A DNA stretch of 35,704 nucleotides from the IMG/VR virus record IMGVR_UViG_3300045988_093645; one strand, given 5' to 3'. This document shows, piece after piece, positions 24,125-33,132 of the stretch. The DNA comes from a virus. A program made the translations under genes and the position numbers. Position 1 is the first letter of the stretch, and the number at the start of each line of letters is the position of its first letter. A model generated the notes under the pieces. It ran no database searches and had not been told where the DNA came from. It saw nothing but the letters and a program-made list of their open reading frames with translations.

Positions 24125-24374
24125 AAAAAATCAAACGGAATACCTGGAAAAAGAGGTATTTGCAGAAATCAACCCGGTAGGCCGTGACGAGTTTACGGCA
24201 GCCAGGCAAAAAGGTTATAAAGCGTCCATGATGATTGAAGTATGGGGATTTGAGTATGAGGGTCAGACGGAAATTATGGTGGACGGCAGGAAAATGGCAA
24301 TCTACCGGACGTATGGACCGAAGAACACCGGAAAGGTTGAACTTTATGCCGGGGAAAGGATAGGCAAAAGTTGA
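24108..24374 (+). CDS. Head closure protein
   Basis: Synteny. GTG start overlapping the upstream gene. Confidence 0.45.
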   Translation: MTLLVKKNQTEYLEKEVFAEINPVGRDEFTAARQKGYKASMMIEVWGFEYEGQTEIMVDGRKMAIYRTYGPKNTGKVELYAGERIGKS

Positions 24375-24778
24375 GAACGGACATTGACGGGTTAGACGAA
24401 GCCATAAAGAACGAACTGGAAAATTGGAGCAATGGGGAATTAAGACGTGCGGTAAATGAAAGCCTGGAAGAAACGGCAGCCGCAGCCGCCGAAAGTTTGA
24501 GACGGGGCGGCCCTTACCGGGAAAGAACGGGAAAATATACCAAGGACTGGACGCACGACCAAAGGGGCAGCAGGACAAGCGTTATTACCGGATTAAATGG
24601 GTACAGTGTCTACAACAAAAAACACTATCAGTTGACCCATTTACTGGAAAAAGGGCACCAGTTACGCAAGGGCGGCAGGAAAGTAGGAAATGTAAAGGCG
24701 TTTGAACACATTGCACCAGTAAACGAAACCCTGGGAGATTTGGCCGTTTCAAAAATCCGTCAGAAAGTGAGGGGATAA
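24371..24778 (+). CDS. HK97 gp10-like head-tail joining protein
   Basis: Synteny. TGxYxxxW-like pattern (RTGKYTKDW). Confidence 0.45.
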   Translation: MRTDIDGLDEAIKNELENWSNGELRRAVNESLEETAAAAAESLRRGGPYRERTGKYTKDWTHDQRGSRTSVITGLNGYSVYNKKHYQLTHLLEKGHQLRKGGRKVGNVKAFEHIAPVNETLGDLAVSKIRQKVRG

Positions 24779-24779
24779 C

Positions 24780-25163
24780 ATGACCGTAAATGTAAGCATT
24801 TTGGTGGATAGGGCAAAAGAATTTTCAAAAAAATACGGCGTGCCAATAACTAAAAACCAGTTTGAGGGAACGCTTGATGACCCGGTGCCGGAACTTCCAT
24901 ACATGGTTTGGCTATCTTCACATGAGACGGGAAGAGGGGCGGACGGGTTTAACAACCTAAAAGCACAGGACGTTGACTTTGAACTTTATACACAGCAGGA
25001 CAACCAGGAACGTGAGGACCTGGCAAAAGCATTTGAAGCGGAAGTGTTGCCGGACGTGGAATATGACGTATTGGTGGCACCTATCCCGGACGAGGAATGT
25101 TTCCAAACGGCGTATGAAGTCCGGGGATTATTGACAAAAACGAAAGGAGTAAACAGAGCATGA
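24780..25163 (+). CDS. Tail completion / terminator-like protein
   Basis: Synteny only. Confidence 0.35.
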   Translation: MTVNVSILVDRAKEFSKKYGVPITKNQFEGTLDDPVPELPYMVWLSSHETGRGADGFNNLKAQDVDFELYTQQDNQEREDLAKAFEAEVLPDVEYDVLVAPIPDEECFQTAYEVRGLLTKTKGVNRA

Positions 25164-25726
25164 ACAAAGAAAGCATTGTTTTGGGTTCCGGCGATTTATA
25201 TTGTACCGAGTTTATGGGAACAAATGCGGAGTTGCCGAGCAACGAAGTATTGGAAACCGAGGAAAACCGCCTGGGCCATATCAAAGGCGGTGCAGAAATC
25301 GAGTATGCACCCTCTTTCTACGAAGCCAAGGACGATATGGGCAAAGTTTCCAAAGTTATCCTTACGGAAGAGGAAGCAACATTTAAATCCGGCATTATGA
25401 CATGGTGCGGAGAGACATTGAAAAAGTTGTGTCAGACCGCAAGAGTGACCGAGGACCCGACAAAGAAAATCCGCACTGTAAAAATTGGCGGTGTGGGAAA
25501 TGCGGACGGAAAACGTTATGTTATTCACTTTGTCCATAAGGATAATGTGGACGGAGATATAAGAGTAACCATTGTAGGAAACAACCAGGCCGGATTTACG
25601 ATTGCCTTTGCAAAAGACAGCGAAACGGTCATTGACGCAGAGTTTAAAGCCCAGCCCATGGACAAAGAGGGCACATTGATTACCTACCAGGAAGAAATGG
25701 ACGTTACCGCCGCAAGCGGAGAGTAA
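25160..25726 (+). CDS. Major tail protein
   Basis: Synteny and size. Followed by a terminator and then the two chaperone ORFs. Confidence 0.6.
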   Translation: MNKESIVLGSGDLYCTEFMGTNAELPSNEVLETEENRLGHIKGGAEIEYAPSFYEAKDDMGKVSKVILTEEEATFKSGIMTWCGETLKKLCQTARVTEDPTKKIRTVKIGGVGNADGKRYVIHFVHKDNVDGDIRVTIVGNNQAGFTIAFAKDSETVIDAEFKAQPMDKEGTLITYQEEMDVTAASGE

Positions 25727-25736
25727 GGACAGTAAG

Positions 25737-25772
25737 AGCGGCCAGGGAGCGGAACCCCAGGCCGCTTATTTT
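25737..25772 (+). terminator. Rho-independent terminator or attenuator after the major tail gene
   Basis: AGCGGCC ... GGCCGCT stem followed by TATTTT. Confidence 0.6.
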
Positions 25773-25789
25773 GAAAGGAGAAAAAGACC

Positions 25790-26146
25790 ATGGCAGTAAA
25801 GGAATTTAATTGTAACAAGTTAAAAAGGACGTTCTGGCCTTTTACTTTAAAGGATAAGGTGGACGAAAACGGCAATGTGGTGGAAAAAGGAAAGAAAATT
25901 GTGGTCCGTATGCCGCAGAAGAAAGTTTTTGAAGCAATTAAGGAAATCCCGGACATGGACGAGGACAACGCTACCGCAGAGGACACGGAAGCAATTTACC
26001 GCCTTGTGGCAGCAGTTTTAAACAATAATATGGGAAAGGTTCCGGTAACGGAAGAGGACGTGGCGGACTATGACATTGAAGAGTGTACCGCCATTCTTAA
26101 CGCCTACATGGAATTTGTGAATGAGTTAAAACAGAACCCAAACTAA
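25790..26146 (+). CDS. Tail assembly chaperone (gpG-like)
   Basis: Position between the major tail gene and the tape measure gene. Acidic small protein. Confidence 0.55.
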   Translation: MAVKEFNCNKLKRTFWPFTLKDKVDENGNVVEKGKKIVVRMPQKKVFEAIKEIPDMDEDNATAEDTEAIYRLVAAVLNNNMGKVPVTEEDVADYDIEECTAILNAYMEFVNELKQNPN

Positions 26147-26148
26147 TC

Positions 26149-26424
26149 ATGCCCTTTTATCCACGCCAGGATAAAGGGGACGATATACCCTATACGCTAT
26201 CTACACGCCCGGAAAAACTGGTAATGGATTATTGCCATATCGACATATACGAAGTCCAGGAAATGGAAATAGATGTGTATTTGTTTTTCATGCGTGAAGC
26301 AATGATTTTTGAAAATTCAAAGACGGACGAGGGACGGGAATACCTTAGAAATTGTTGGAGAATGGAGCAGACAAAGCCGGACCGTGAGGGATTGCGGAAG
26401 AATTTTAGAAAGAAAGGGGGTTAA
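26149..26424 (+). CDS. Second tail chaperone ORF (gpT-like), in the -1 frame relative to 25790-26146
   Basis: Synteny. The -1 frame is open from 26125. No SD of its own. Confidence 0.4.
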   Translation: MPFYPRQDKGDDIPYTLSTRPEKLVMDYCHIDIYEVQEMEIDVYLFFMREAMIFENSKTDEGREYLRNCWRMEQTKPDREGLRKNFRKKGG

Positions 26425-26427
26425 GAA

Positions 26428-29400
26428 GTGGCAAATAGCAAAATCAGAGGAATTACTATTGAGATTGGCGGCGATACTACAAAACTGGACAAGGCCCTGG
26501 GAAGCGTTGATAAAAAGGTAAAGGGAACGCAAGTTGAACTTAGAGAAGTAAACAAACTTTTAAAAATCGACCCAACCAACACGGAAATGTTGGCACAAAA
26601 GCAGGCCCTTTTGACAGACGCTATTTCTGAAACCAAGGAAAAACTGGATATTCTGAAAAATGCAGAAAGCCAGGTGCAAGAGCAATTTAAAAAAGGCGAG
26701 GTTTCAGAAGAGCAGTACAAAGCCTTAAAAAGAGAACTGGGAAGAACAGAGGTAGAACTTGCAAATTTAGAGGAAGGGGCCAGGCAGACAGACACGGCCA
26801 TTGAAGAGTTAGGGAAATCTTCCAAACTTTCCGGGGACGAACTGAAAGAAGCAGAGGAAAAGGCCGGAGATTTTAAAGAAACCCTGGGAGATTTGGCCGG
26901 AAAGGCAGAAACGGCAGCCAAAGCCCTGGGGGGCGGTTTTGTTGCCGCCGCTACATATGCCACGAAATTTGAAACAGATTGCGACAAGGCTTTAAATACC
27001 GTTATTACGCAGACGGGGGCGGCAGACACAGAAGTTGAGGGATTGGAAGAAACCCTTTTAAGCATTTATAAAGATAATTTTGGTGAGGACATTAACGACA
27101 TTGCATTAGCAATGTCCGCAGTTAAGCAGCAGACCGGACAGACCGGGAAAGAACTGAAAAACACAACGGAAAACGCTATTTTAATGCGTGATACCTTTGA
27201 TATTGATGTGAACGAAAGCATTAGGGGCGTAAATGCCATGATGAAACAATTCGGCATATCATCAGAGGAAGCATACAACCTTTTAGCCCAGGGGGCACAA
27301 AAGGGATTGAACCAAAACGGAGATTTGGCGGACCAGTTGGCGGAATATTCCGTTTACTATGCAGACATGGGACTGTCAGCAGAGGAAGCATTTAACATGA
27401 TAGCCAACGGAGCCAAAAACGGCACTTTCCAGATAGACTATTTGAATGACGCCGTGAAAGAGTTTGGTATCAGAGCAAAAGACGGAACATCAGACGAAGC
27501 ATTTAAACAGTTGGGCCTTGACGTGGACGATTTAAAAACAAAGTTTGCACAAGGCGGAGAGGGGGCAAAAGAAGCATTTAAAACCGTAAATGAAGCCCTT
27601 TTCTCATGTGATGACGAAGTACAAAGAAACCTTTTGGGTGTGGCAATGTACGGAACCAAGTGGGAAGATTTGGGAGAGGATGCCATACGTGCCTTAGTGG
27701 ACACACAAGGGGAAATATCGGCAACCAATGACGCACTGGGAACGATAAACGAGAATAAATACAATGACCTGGGAAATCAGTTTGAAGAGTTAGGCAGAAA
27801 CCTTAAAACGGACCTTGTAAAGCCGATAGGCGAGGAACTAAAGCCAGTAATAAGTGACGTAATCAAAGAAGTAAAAGGAAAGATACCGGAAGTTAAAACA
27901 CTTGTGCTTGCGGTAGTGAGCAAGGTAAAAGATTTTATTTCTTTTATGTCGAGGAACGGGACACAAATTATTTCTATTATTGCCGGAATTGCCGCCGGAA
28001 TGTTGGCGTGGAATGTGGTAACTATGATACGAGGGTTAGTGGCGGCGATAAAAGAATGGAAAGCAACAACCGAGGGCGTAACCATAGCACAGAAAATTCT
28101 AAATACAGTAATGGCCGCTAATCCGATAGGCATTGTTATAACGGTGGTGGCCGCACTGGTGGCCGCATTAGTAACGCTTTTTGCAACCAACGAAGATTTT
28201 AGAAACAAAGTAATAGCGGTATGGGAAGCAGTAAAAGAAGCGGCGTCAAAAGTTTTCGGTGCAATAGCGGACTTTTTTACCGTTACGATACCAAACGCCT
28301 TTAACGGTTTTATAAATTTCATAAAAAGCAACTGGCAGGCCCTTTTATTATTGATTGTAAACCCGTTTGCCGGGGCTTTTAAACTTCTATATGATAATTG
28401 CGGTGCTTTCCGTGAATTTGTGGACAATTTTGTGCAAAACATCAAACAATTTTTTCAAAATTTGTGGAACGGCATTGTATCCATATTCCAGGGCGTGGGT
28501 CAATGGTTCATTGCGAGATTTACGGAAGCCTATAACGGCGTGACGGGTGTATTTGCGGCAATCGGCCAGTGGTTCGGTGCCCGGTGGCAGGATATAAAGA
28601 ACGCCCTGGCAACGGTGGCGTCCTGGTTCCTCACTATGTTTACCAACGCCTATACCAACGTGAAAAACGTTTTTGCCTTAATCGGCCAGTGGTTCGGCGC
28701 CCGGTGGCAGGATATAAAGAACGCCCTGGCAACGGTGGCGTCCTGGTTCCTCACTATGTTTACCAACGCCTATACCAACGTGAAAAACGTTTTTGCCTTA
28801 ATCGGCCAGTGGTTCGGCGCCCGGTGGCAGGATATAAAGAACGCCCTGGCAACGGTGGCGTCCTGGTTCCTCACTATGTTTACCAACGCCTACACCAATG
28901 TAAAAAATGTTTTCTCTGCAATCGGTTCCTGGTTCGGTGCAAGGTGGACGGAAATAAAAACAGCCCTTTCCGCCGTCCCGTCATGGTTCGGTACGCAGTT
29001 TCAAAACGCATGGACGAATATTAAAAACGCCTTTGCCAATGTGACTTCTTTCTTTTCCGGTTTGTGGGAAAAAATCAAAGGCTGTTTTGTAAATGTGGGC
29101 GTGAAAATCGGTTCGGCGGTTGGGGGCGCTTTTAAATCAGCAATAAACAGTTGCCTTTCTACCATAGAGGGCGTTGTAAATAAGTTTATCGGAATGATAA
29201 ACGGCGTTATTGATGTCATCAACGAGATACCGGGCGTTTCCCTGGGCAAGATAGGCACGCTTTCCTTGCCGAGACTGGCAAAGGGCGGCGTATTGAAAGA
29301 GGGAACCGCCATGGTAGCGGAAGCAGGACCGGAACTTCTTAGCATGGTAAACGGAAAGGCAGTTGTAACGCCGCTTTCCGGCAGTGCAAAGAACCAGGCC

Positions 29401-29541
29401 ATGGAAAACGCAGGAAAAGGCGGCGGCGGGTATGTTCAGAATGTGAACATCACAAGCCCCAAGGCATTAAGCCCGTATGAGATAGCGAGACAGACCAGGT
29501 TACAGACAAGAAGCATGATTTTGGCAGTACAAAGGGGGTAA
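26428..29541 (+). CDS. Tail tape measure protein
   Basis: 1037 aa with a coiled-coil N-terminus, a hydrophobic middle and internal repeats. Position before Dit. Confidence 0.9.
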   Translation: MANSKIRGITIEIGGDTTKLDKALGSVDKKVKGTQVELREVNKLLKIDPTNTEMLAQKQALLTDAISETKEKLDILKNAESQVQEQFKKGEVSEEQYKALKRELGRTEVELANLEEGARQTDTAIEELGKSSKLSGDELKEAEEKAGDFKETLGDLAGKAETAAKALGGGFVAAATYATKFETDCDKALNTVITQTGAADTEVEGLEETLLSIYKDNFGEDINDIALAMSAVKQQTGQTGKELKNTTENAILMRDTFDIDVNESIRGVNAMMKQFGISSEEAYNLLAQGAQKGLNQNGDLADQLAEYSVYYADMGLSAEEAFNMIANGAKNGTFQIDYLNDAVKEFGIRAKDGTSDEAFKQLGLDVDDLKTKFAQGGEGAKEAFKTVNEALFSCDDEVQRNLLGVAMYGTKWEDLGEDAIRALVDTQGEISATNDALGTINENKYNDLGNQFEELGRNLKTDLVKPIGEELKPVISDVIKEVKGKIPEVKTLVLAVVSKVKDFISFMSRNGTQIISIIAGIAAGMLAWNVVTMIRGLVAAIKEWKATTEGVTIAQKILNTVMAANPIGIVITVVAALVAALVTLFATNEDFRNKVIAVWEAVKEAASKVFGAIADFFTVTIPNAFNGFINFIKSNWQALLLLIVNPFAGAFKLLYDNCGAFREFVDNFVQNIKQFFQNLWNGIVSIFQGVGQWFIARFTEAYNGVTGVFAAIGQWFGARWQDIKNALATVASWFLTMFTNAYTNVKNVFALIGQWFGARWQDIKNALATVASWFLTMFTNAYTNVKNVFALIGQWFGARWQDIKNALATVASWFLTMFTNAYTNVKNVFSAIGSWFGARWTEIKTALSAVPSWFGTQFQNAWTNIKNAFANVTSFFSGLWEKIKGCFVNVGVKIGSAVGGAFKSAINSCLSTIEGVVNKFIGMINGVIDVINEIPGVSLGKIGTLSLPRLAKGGVLKEGTAMVAEAGPELLSMVNGKAVVTPLSGSAKNQAMENAGKGGGGYVQNVNITSPKALSPYEIARQTRLQTRSMILAVQRG
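28561..28920 (+). repeat. Three near-identical tandem 120-bp (40-aa) repeats inside the tape measure gene, flanked by diverged copies (28441-28560 and 28921-29040)
   Basis: Copies 1 and 2 differ at one base (28578 T vs 28698 C). Copy 3 is identical to copy 2 until about 28892. Confidence 0.95.
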
Positions 29542-29547
29542 GGGGAA

Positions 29548-30498
29548 ATGTCAGACATTAAAGTGGTTTGCACCAGTGACAAAAACGTGTCCCTTACCTT
29601 TACCTGGGGCGATTTTACACCGTTCCACCTGGTAGACATTGAGGGAATTTACGGCATTGAAAGCAACGTGGTAACGAGTGAGAACACGACCACGGACGGC
29701 AGCACCTACCAGGGAGCCACCGCAAAGGAAAGAAACATTGTCATTACCGTGGAAATGGACGGAAATTATAAAGAAAACCGTAACCTTTTATACCGCACAT
29801 TCCCCATAAAACGGACGGGAACAATGCAGTACATAGAGGACGGAGAAGCCAAGGCCATAGAATATGAGGTTGAAAGCGTCATACCGGGAGCCACAACGGG
29901 CGTGGTGCGTGATTATACCATTTCCCTTAAATGCACGGACCCGTATTTTAAGGACCTGGCAGACATTGAAGTGGTTATGGCGTCATGGGTAAGTGACTTC
30001 TATTTTCCGGCGTGCTTCCCGGAAGAGGGCCGCATATTTGGACACCGTGAAGCGGATTTGGTAAAGGAAATTGAAAACGAGAGCGGAGCGGACAACATAG
30101 GTATTGTGGTTATATTCCGGGCAGACGGAGCCGTGAAGAACCCGGCCATTTACCACACGGAAAGCGGAGAATTTACCAAGGTTGGATATTTGGACAATGA
30201 TTTTATCATGTCATCCGGTCAGTATGTGATTATAAATACCTACACCGGGAAGAAAAACGCCTACCTTTTGGACGGCGTGACCCAGGCGGAGATTGAGAAC
30301 CACAAAGACAATTACGGGGTCATTGACTGGGACACCGTTATTGAAAAATACGGGACGGTAATAAACGAATATCTGGACGAGGACGGGGAATTTATCCAGT
30401 TGCAGGACGGAACCAACACATTGACATACACGGCGGACGAGGGCACCAATTACCTTTCCGTGTCGGTATATTACAGAATTTCATATTTGGGGGTGTGA
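29548..30498 (+). CDS. Distal tail protein (Dit-like)
   Basis: Synteny directly after the tape measure gene, and size. Confidence 0.6.
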   Translation: MSDIKVVCTSDKNVSLTFTWGDFTPFHLVDIEGIYGIESNVVTSENTTTDGSTYQGATAKERNIVITVEMDGNYKENRNLLYRTFPIKRTGTMQYIEDGEAKAIEYEVESVIPGATTGVVRDYTISLKCTDPYFKDLADIEVVMASWVSDFYFPACFPEEGRIFGHREADLVKEIENESGADNIGIVVIFRADGAVKNPAIYHTESGEFTKVGYLDNDFIMSSGQYVIINTYTGKKNAYLLDGVTQAEIENHKDNYGVIDWDTVIEKYGTVINEYLDEDGEFIQLQDGTNTLTYTADEGTNYLSVSVYYRISYLGV

Positions 30499-30500
30499 TT

Positions 30501-31547
30501 ATGGAAATACACGTTTATGACCGGAACCTTAGACGCCTGGGACATATCGAAAATCACACGTCTTTACAGTGGCACCGCAAATATTACGAATGTGGCACGT
30601 TTGAGTTACATTGTCCGGTAACGGCGGAAAATTTACGGCTATTGCAACCGGGGAACATTATAACCAAGGGGGACAACAAGCAGGAAGCCGCCGTGATACG
30701 TGGGGACCAGGCAGAAGAGGAAAGCACCCTGGTAAATGAGATTACCAGGAACGGCTTTTTTCTTCCCGTCTACCTGGGGGACCGGTTGACGGGTCCGCAG
30801 TTTAACTTTAACGGAACCGTGGAAGCGGCCATGCACTACATGATTGGACGCATGGAGCAAATACCGCTTTTACAGATAGGGGCGACGACCGGGGACACCA
30901 CAAAAGTGCAATTCCAGGCAACTTATAAGAATGTCCTGGAATACTTCACAAAGTTGGCGAAGTTTGCAGAAATAGGTTTCCGTATCGTGCCGGACTTCAA
31001 AAAAAAGACCATGACCTTTGAAACTTACAAAGGCGTGGACCGTACCCAGGCACAAGGGGAAAATCCCAGGGTCATATTTTCAGAGAGTTACGACAATCTA
31101 AACCAGGCAAAACATAATTACAGTGACGCAACCTATAAGACCAAGGTAATTGTGGGCGGAGCCGGGGACGGCCTGGCCCGTATCTTTGTAACCGTGGGCG
31201 GCGGAACCGGGTTTGATTTACGGGAAGTGTTTCTGGACGCAAAGGACATAAACAAAGAAGCCCTTACGGACGCCGAGTATTTAGAAGCCCTTAAAACAAG
31301 GGGGCAGGAGTTTCTTAACGAAAACAAGATATTTGAAAACTTTGAAGCGGAAGCGGAAGCAGATGTAAATTTTACCTACGGAAAAGACTATGACCTGGGG
31401 GACGTTGTGACCGTAAAGAAGAAAAAGTGGAACACCGCACAGAACCTTAGAATTACGGAACTTTGCGAGGTTTACGAATATGGGGGTATGTATGTGGTGC
31501 CTACTTTTGGGGACGCCCTACCCACAACAATAAAATGGGACGAATAG
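30501..31547 (+). CDS. Siphovirus Gp37-like tail/baseplate protein
   Basis: N-terminus MEIHVYDRNLRRLGHIENHTSLQWHRKYYECGTFELH is typical of the ReqiPepy6 Gp37-like family. Start set at the ATG just after the Dit stop. Confidence 0.55.
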   Translation: MEIHVYDRNLRRLGHIENHTSLQWHRKYYECGTFELHCPVTAENLRLLQPGNIITKGDNKQEAAVIRGDQAEEESTLVNEITRNGFFLPVYLGDRLTGPQFNFNGTVEAAMHYMIGRMEQIPLLQIGATTGDTTKVQFQATYKNVLEYFTKLAKFAEIGFRIVPDFKKKTMTFETYKGVDRTQAQGENPRVIFSESYDNLNQAKHNYSDATYKTKVIVGGAGDGLARIFVTVGGGTGFDLREVFLDAKDINKEALTDAEYLEALKTRGQEFLNENKIFENFEAEAEADVNFTYGKDYDLGDVVTVKKKKWNTAQNLRITELCEVYEYGGMYVVPTFGDALPTTIKWDE

Positions 31548-31569
31548 AGGAAAGGAGAGGAAAAAGACC

Positions 31570-32631
31570 ATGGCAGTAAGAGGATTTTTTTACAATGCTA
31601 CCAACCTAAATGATAAAGAGCATATGTATAACGGCCAGGACATGAACGAGGACAAAGCCCCGTTCTATAAAGAGGGCGTTGCATACGGTCATTTGCAAGT
31701 GACGGCACCGGGCGGCACCATGGAAGTGACAGTGGACGGCGGAACCCGGACCGGGTACGCATATATCAATTTACATACTATCCACAATACCGCACCGTTG
31801 ACCCTTACATTGAGCCAGGCAAGCGGAACGCTTCCAAGGATTGACCGCATTGTATTAAGGAATGACGAAACCGAAAGAAAGCCGAGTATTTACGTCTTAG
31901 AGGGTGCTTTTTCAAGCAATCCGCAGGCCCCGGAACTGGTTAATAATGATGTTATCCAGGAAAAGAGCCTGGCCCGTGTCTATGTGGCCGCCGGAGCGGT
32001 TGAGATTACCCAGGCAGACATTACAGACGAAAGGCCGGACAAGACGGTTTGCGGCTTTATCGGCTCACAGTTTGAAGAACTGGACTTTTCCCAGTGGTCC
32101 GCCCAGTTTAACAAATGGTTTTCAAGCGAGAAAAAGGCGGTGGAAAAAGACCATGCCGCTTTCATCAAAGAGTACACCGCTATGGTGCAACAGTTTCAAA
32201 CGGAACGGACGGCACAGTGGGACGAATGGTTTGCGGCAAAGCAGGAGCAGCTTGCCGGGGACGTGGCCGGAAAATTGCAGTTGCAAATTGACGGATTAAG
32301 AACCAAGGTTCACAACATGGCCCACAAAGTAAATGTTGACTACTTACTGGAAACAATCCAGGCGGCGGTCACGGTAACGCTCACGAACATTACAACGGGA
32401 ACGGTGCAGACGGCAGCAATCACAGAAAGCGGCATAGGCTTTTACATCACGGAAGCCGGGGACTATACCCTGGAAACCAATATGGAAAGCGTTATGGTAA
32501 CGCCAAAGCGGCTTTCCATAGATTATATGGACCTTATGCACACAACCACGGTTTCCTTGCGTGAGGGCACCAATATGGCCTATATCGGCAATTACATGGG
32601 AACGTATTTATTAAAAGAAAGTGAGGTATAA
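31570..32631 (+). CDS. Tail fibre / baseplate upper (BppU-like) protein with a central coiled coil
   Basis: Synteny. Coiled region QWSAQFNKWFSSEKKAVEKDHAAFIKEY... Confidence 0.4.
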   Translation: MAVRGFFYNATNLNDKEHMYNGQDMNEDKAPFYKEGVAYGHLQVTAPGGTMEVTVDGGTRTGYAYINLHTIHNTAPLTLTLSQASGTLPRIDRIVLRNDETERKPSIYVLEGAFSSNPQAPELVNNDVIQEKSLARVYVAAGAVEITQADITDERPDKTVCGFIGSQFEELDFSQWSAQFNKWFSSEKKAVEKDHAAFIKEYTAMVQQFQTERTAQWDEWFAAKQEQLAGDVAGKLQLQIDGLRTKVHNMAHKVNVDYLLETIQAAVTVTLTNITTGTVQTAAITESGIGFYITEAGDYTLETNMESVMVTPKRLSIDYMDLMHTTTVSLREGTNMAYIGNYMGTYLLKESEV

Positions 32632-32634
32632 CAC

Positions 32635-33132
32635 ATGAAAGGATTTCCTAAAGTAATCAAAACCAAGTCCGACCTGGTAAACACCTTTAAACTGGTGCAG
32701 AAAAAGAAATTGAAAAAGGAAGATTGGTTGGCAGCAGTTGAAAAACTGGAAAATCAGAACTGGATTATGTGCCCGGTCATTGAACTGTCAGAGGACAGAA
32801 AGACGGTAAAAATTATGTTTTGTGCAGAGGTGGCAGCAGGGCAGAAAATCAAGAATGGAGCCGTTTACCCTACCGTCCAGACCGTTGAAACGGTAGAAGT
32901 GGAGAAAGATACCGCCGAAGCGGAAAACGCCGCCACAGAGGGCCAGGAAGCCGCCACAGAGGGCACCACGGCAGCAGGGCAGAACAACACAATTTCTTTT
33001 ACGGTGCTTACCCTTTCAAAAGCCGTAAACATTGGCACGGTAACAATCGGTATTCCGGCAGCGGTTACGTTCTATGACCGTATGGGTATCACGGAAGAGG
33101 AAGTGGAAGAAATGAAAGGAGCGTTGGCATAA
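32635..33132 (+). CDS. Hypothetical tail-associated protein (165 aa)
   Basis: Synteny. Stop overlaps the start of the DGR target gene. Confidence 0.4.
   Translation: MKGFPKVIKTKSDLVNTFKLVQKKKLKKEDWLAAVEKLENQNWIMCPVIELSEDRKTVKIMFCAEVAAGQKIKNGAVYPTVQTVETVEVEKDTAEAENAATEGQEAATEGTTAAGQNNTISFTVLTLSKAVNIGTVTIGIPAAVTFYDRMGITEEEVEEMKGALA

Noticed and set aside
28561-28920. Possible CRISPR-like array, because of regularly spaced identical repeats
   Set aside because: The units are directly adjacent 120-bp copies with no spacers. They are in frame within the tape measure ORF and are not palindromic.
28569-29024. A 151-aa alternative-frame ORF with an internally repeated sequence
   Set aside because: It is an out-of-frame reading of the 120-bp tape measure repeats. 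Its repetitiveness is inherited from the DNA repeat, and it has no RBS.
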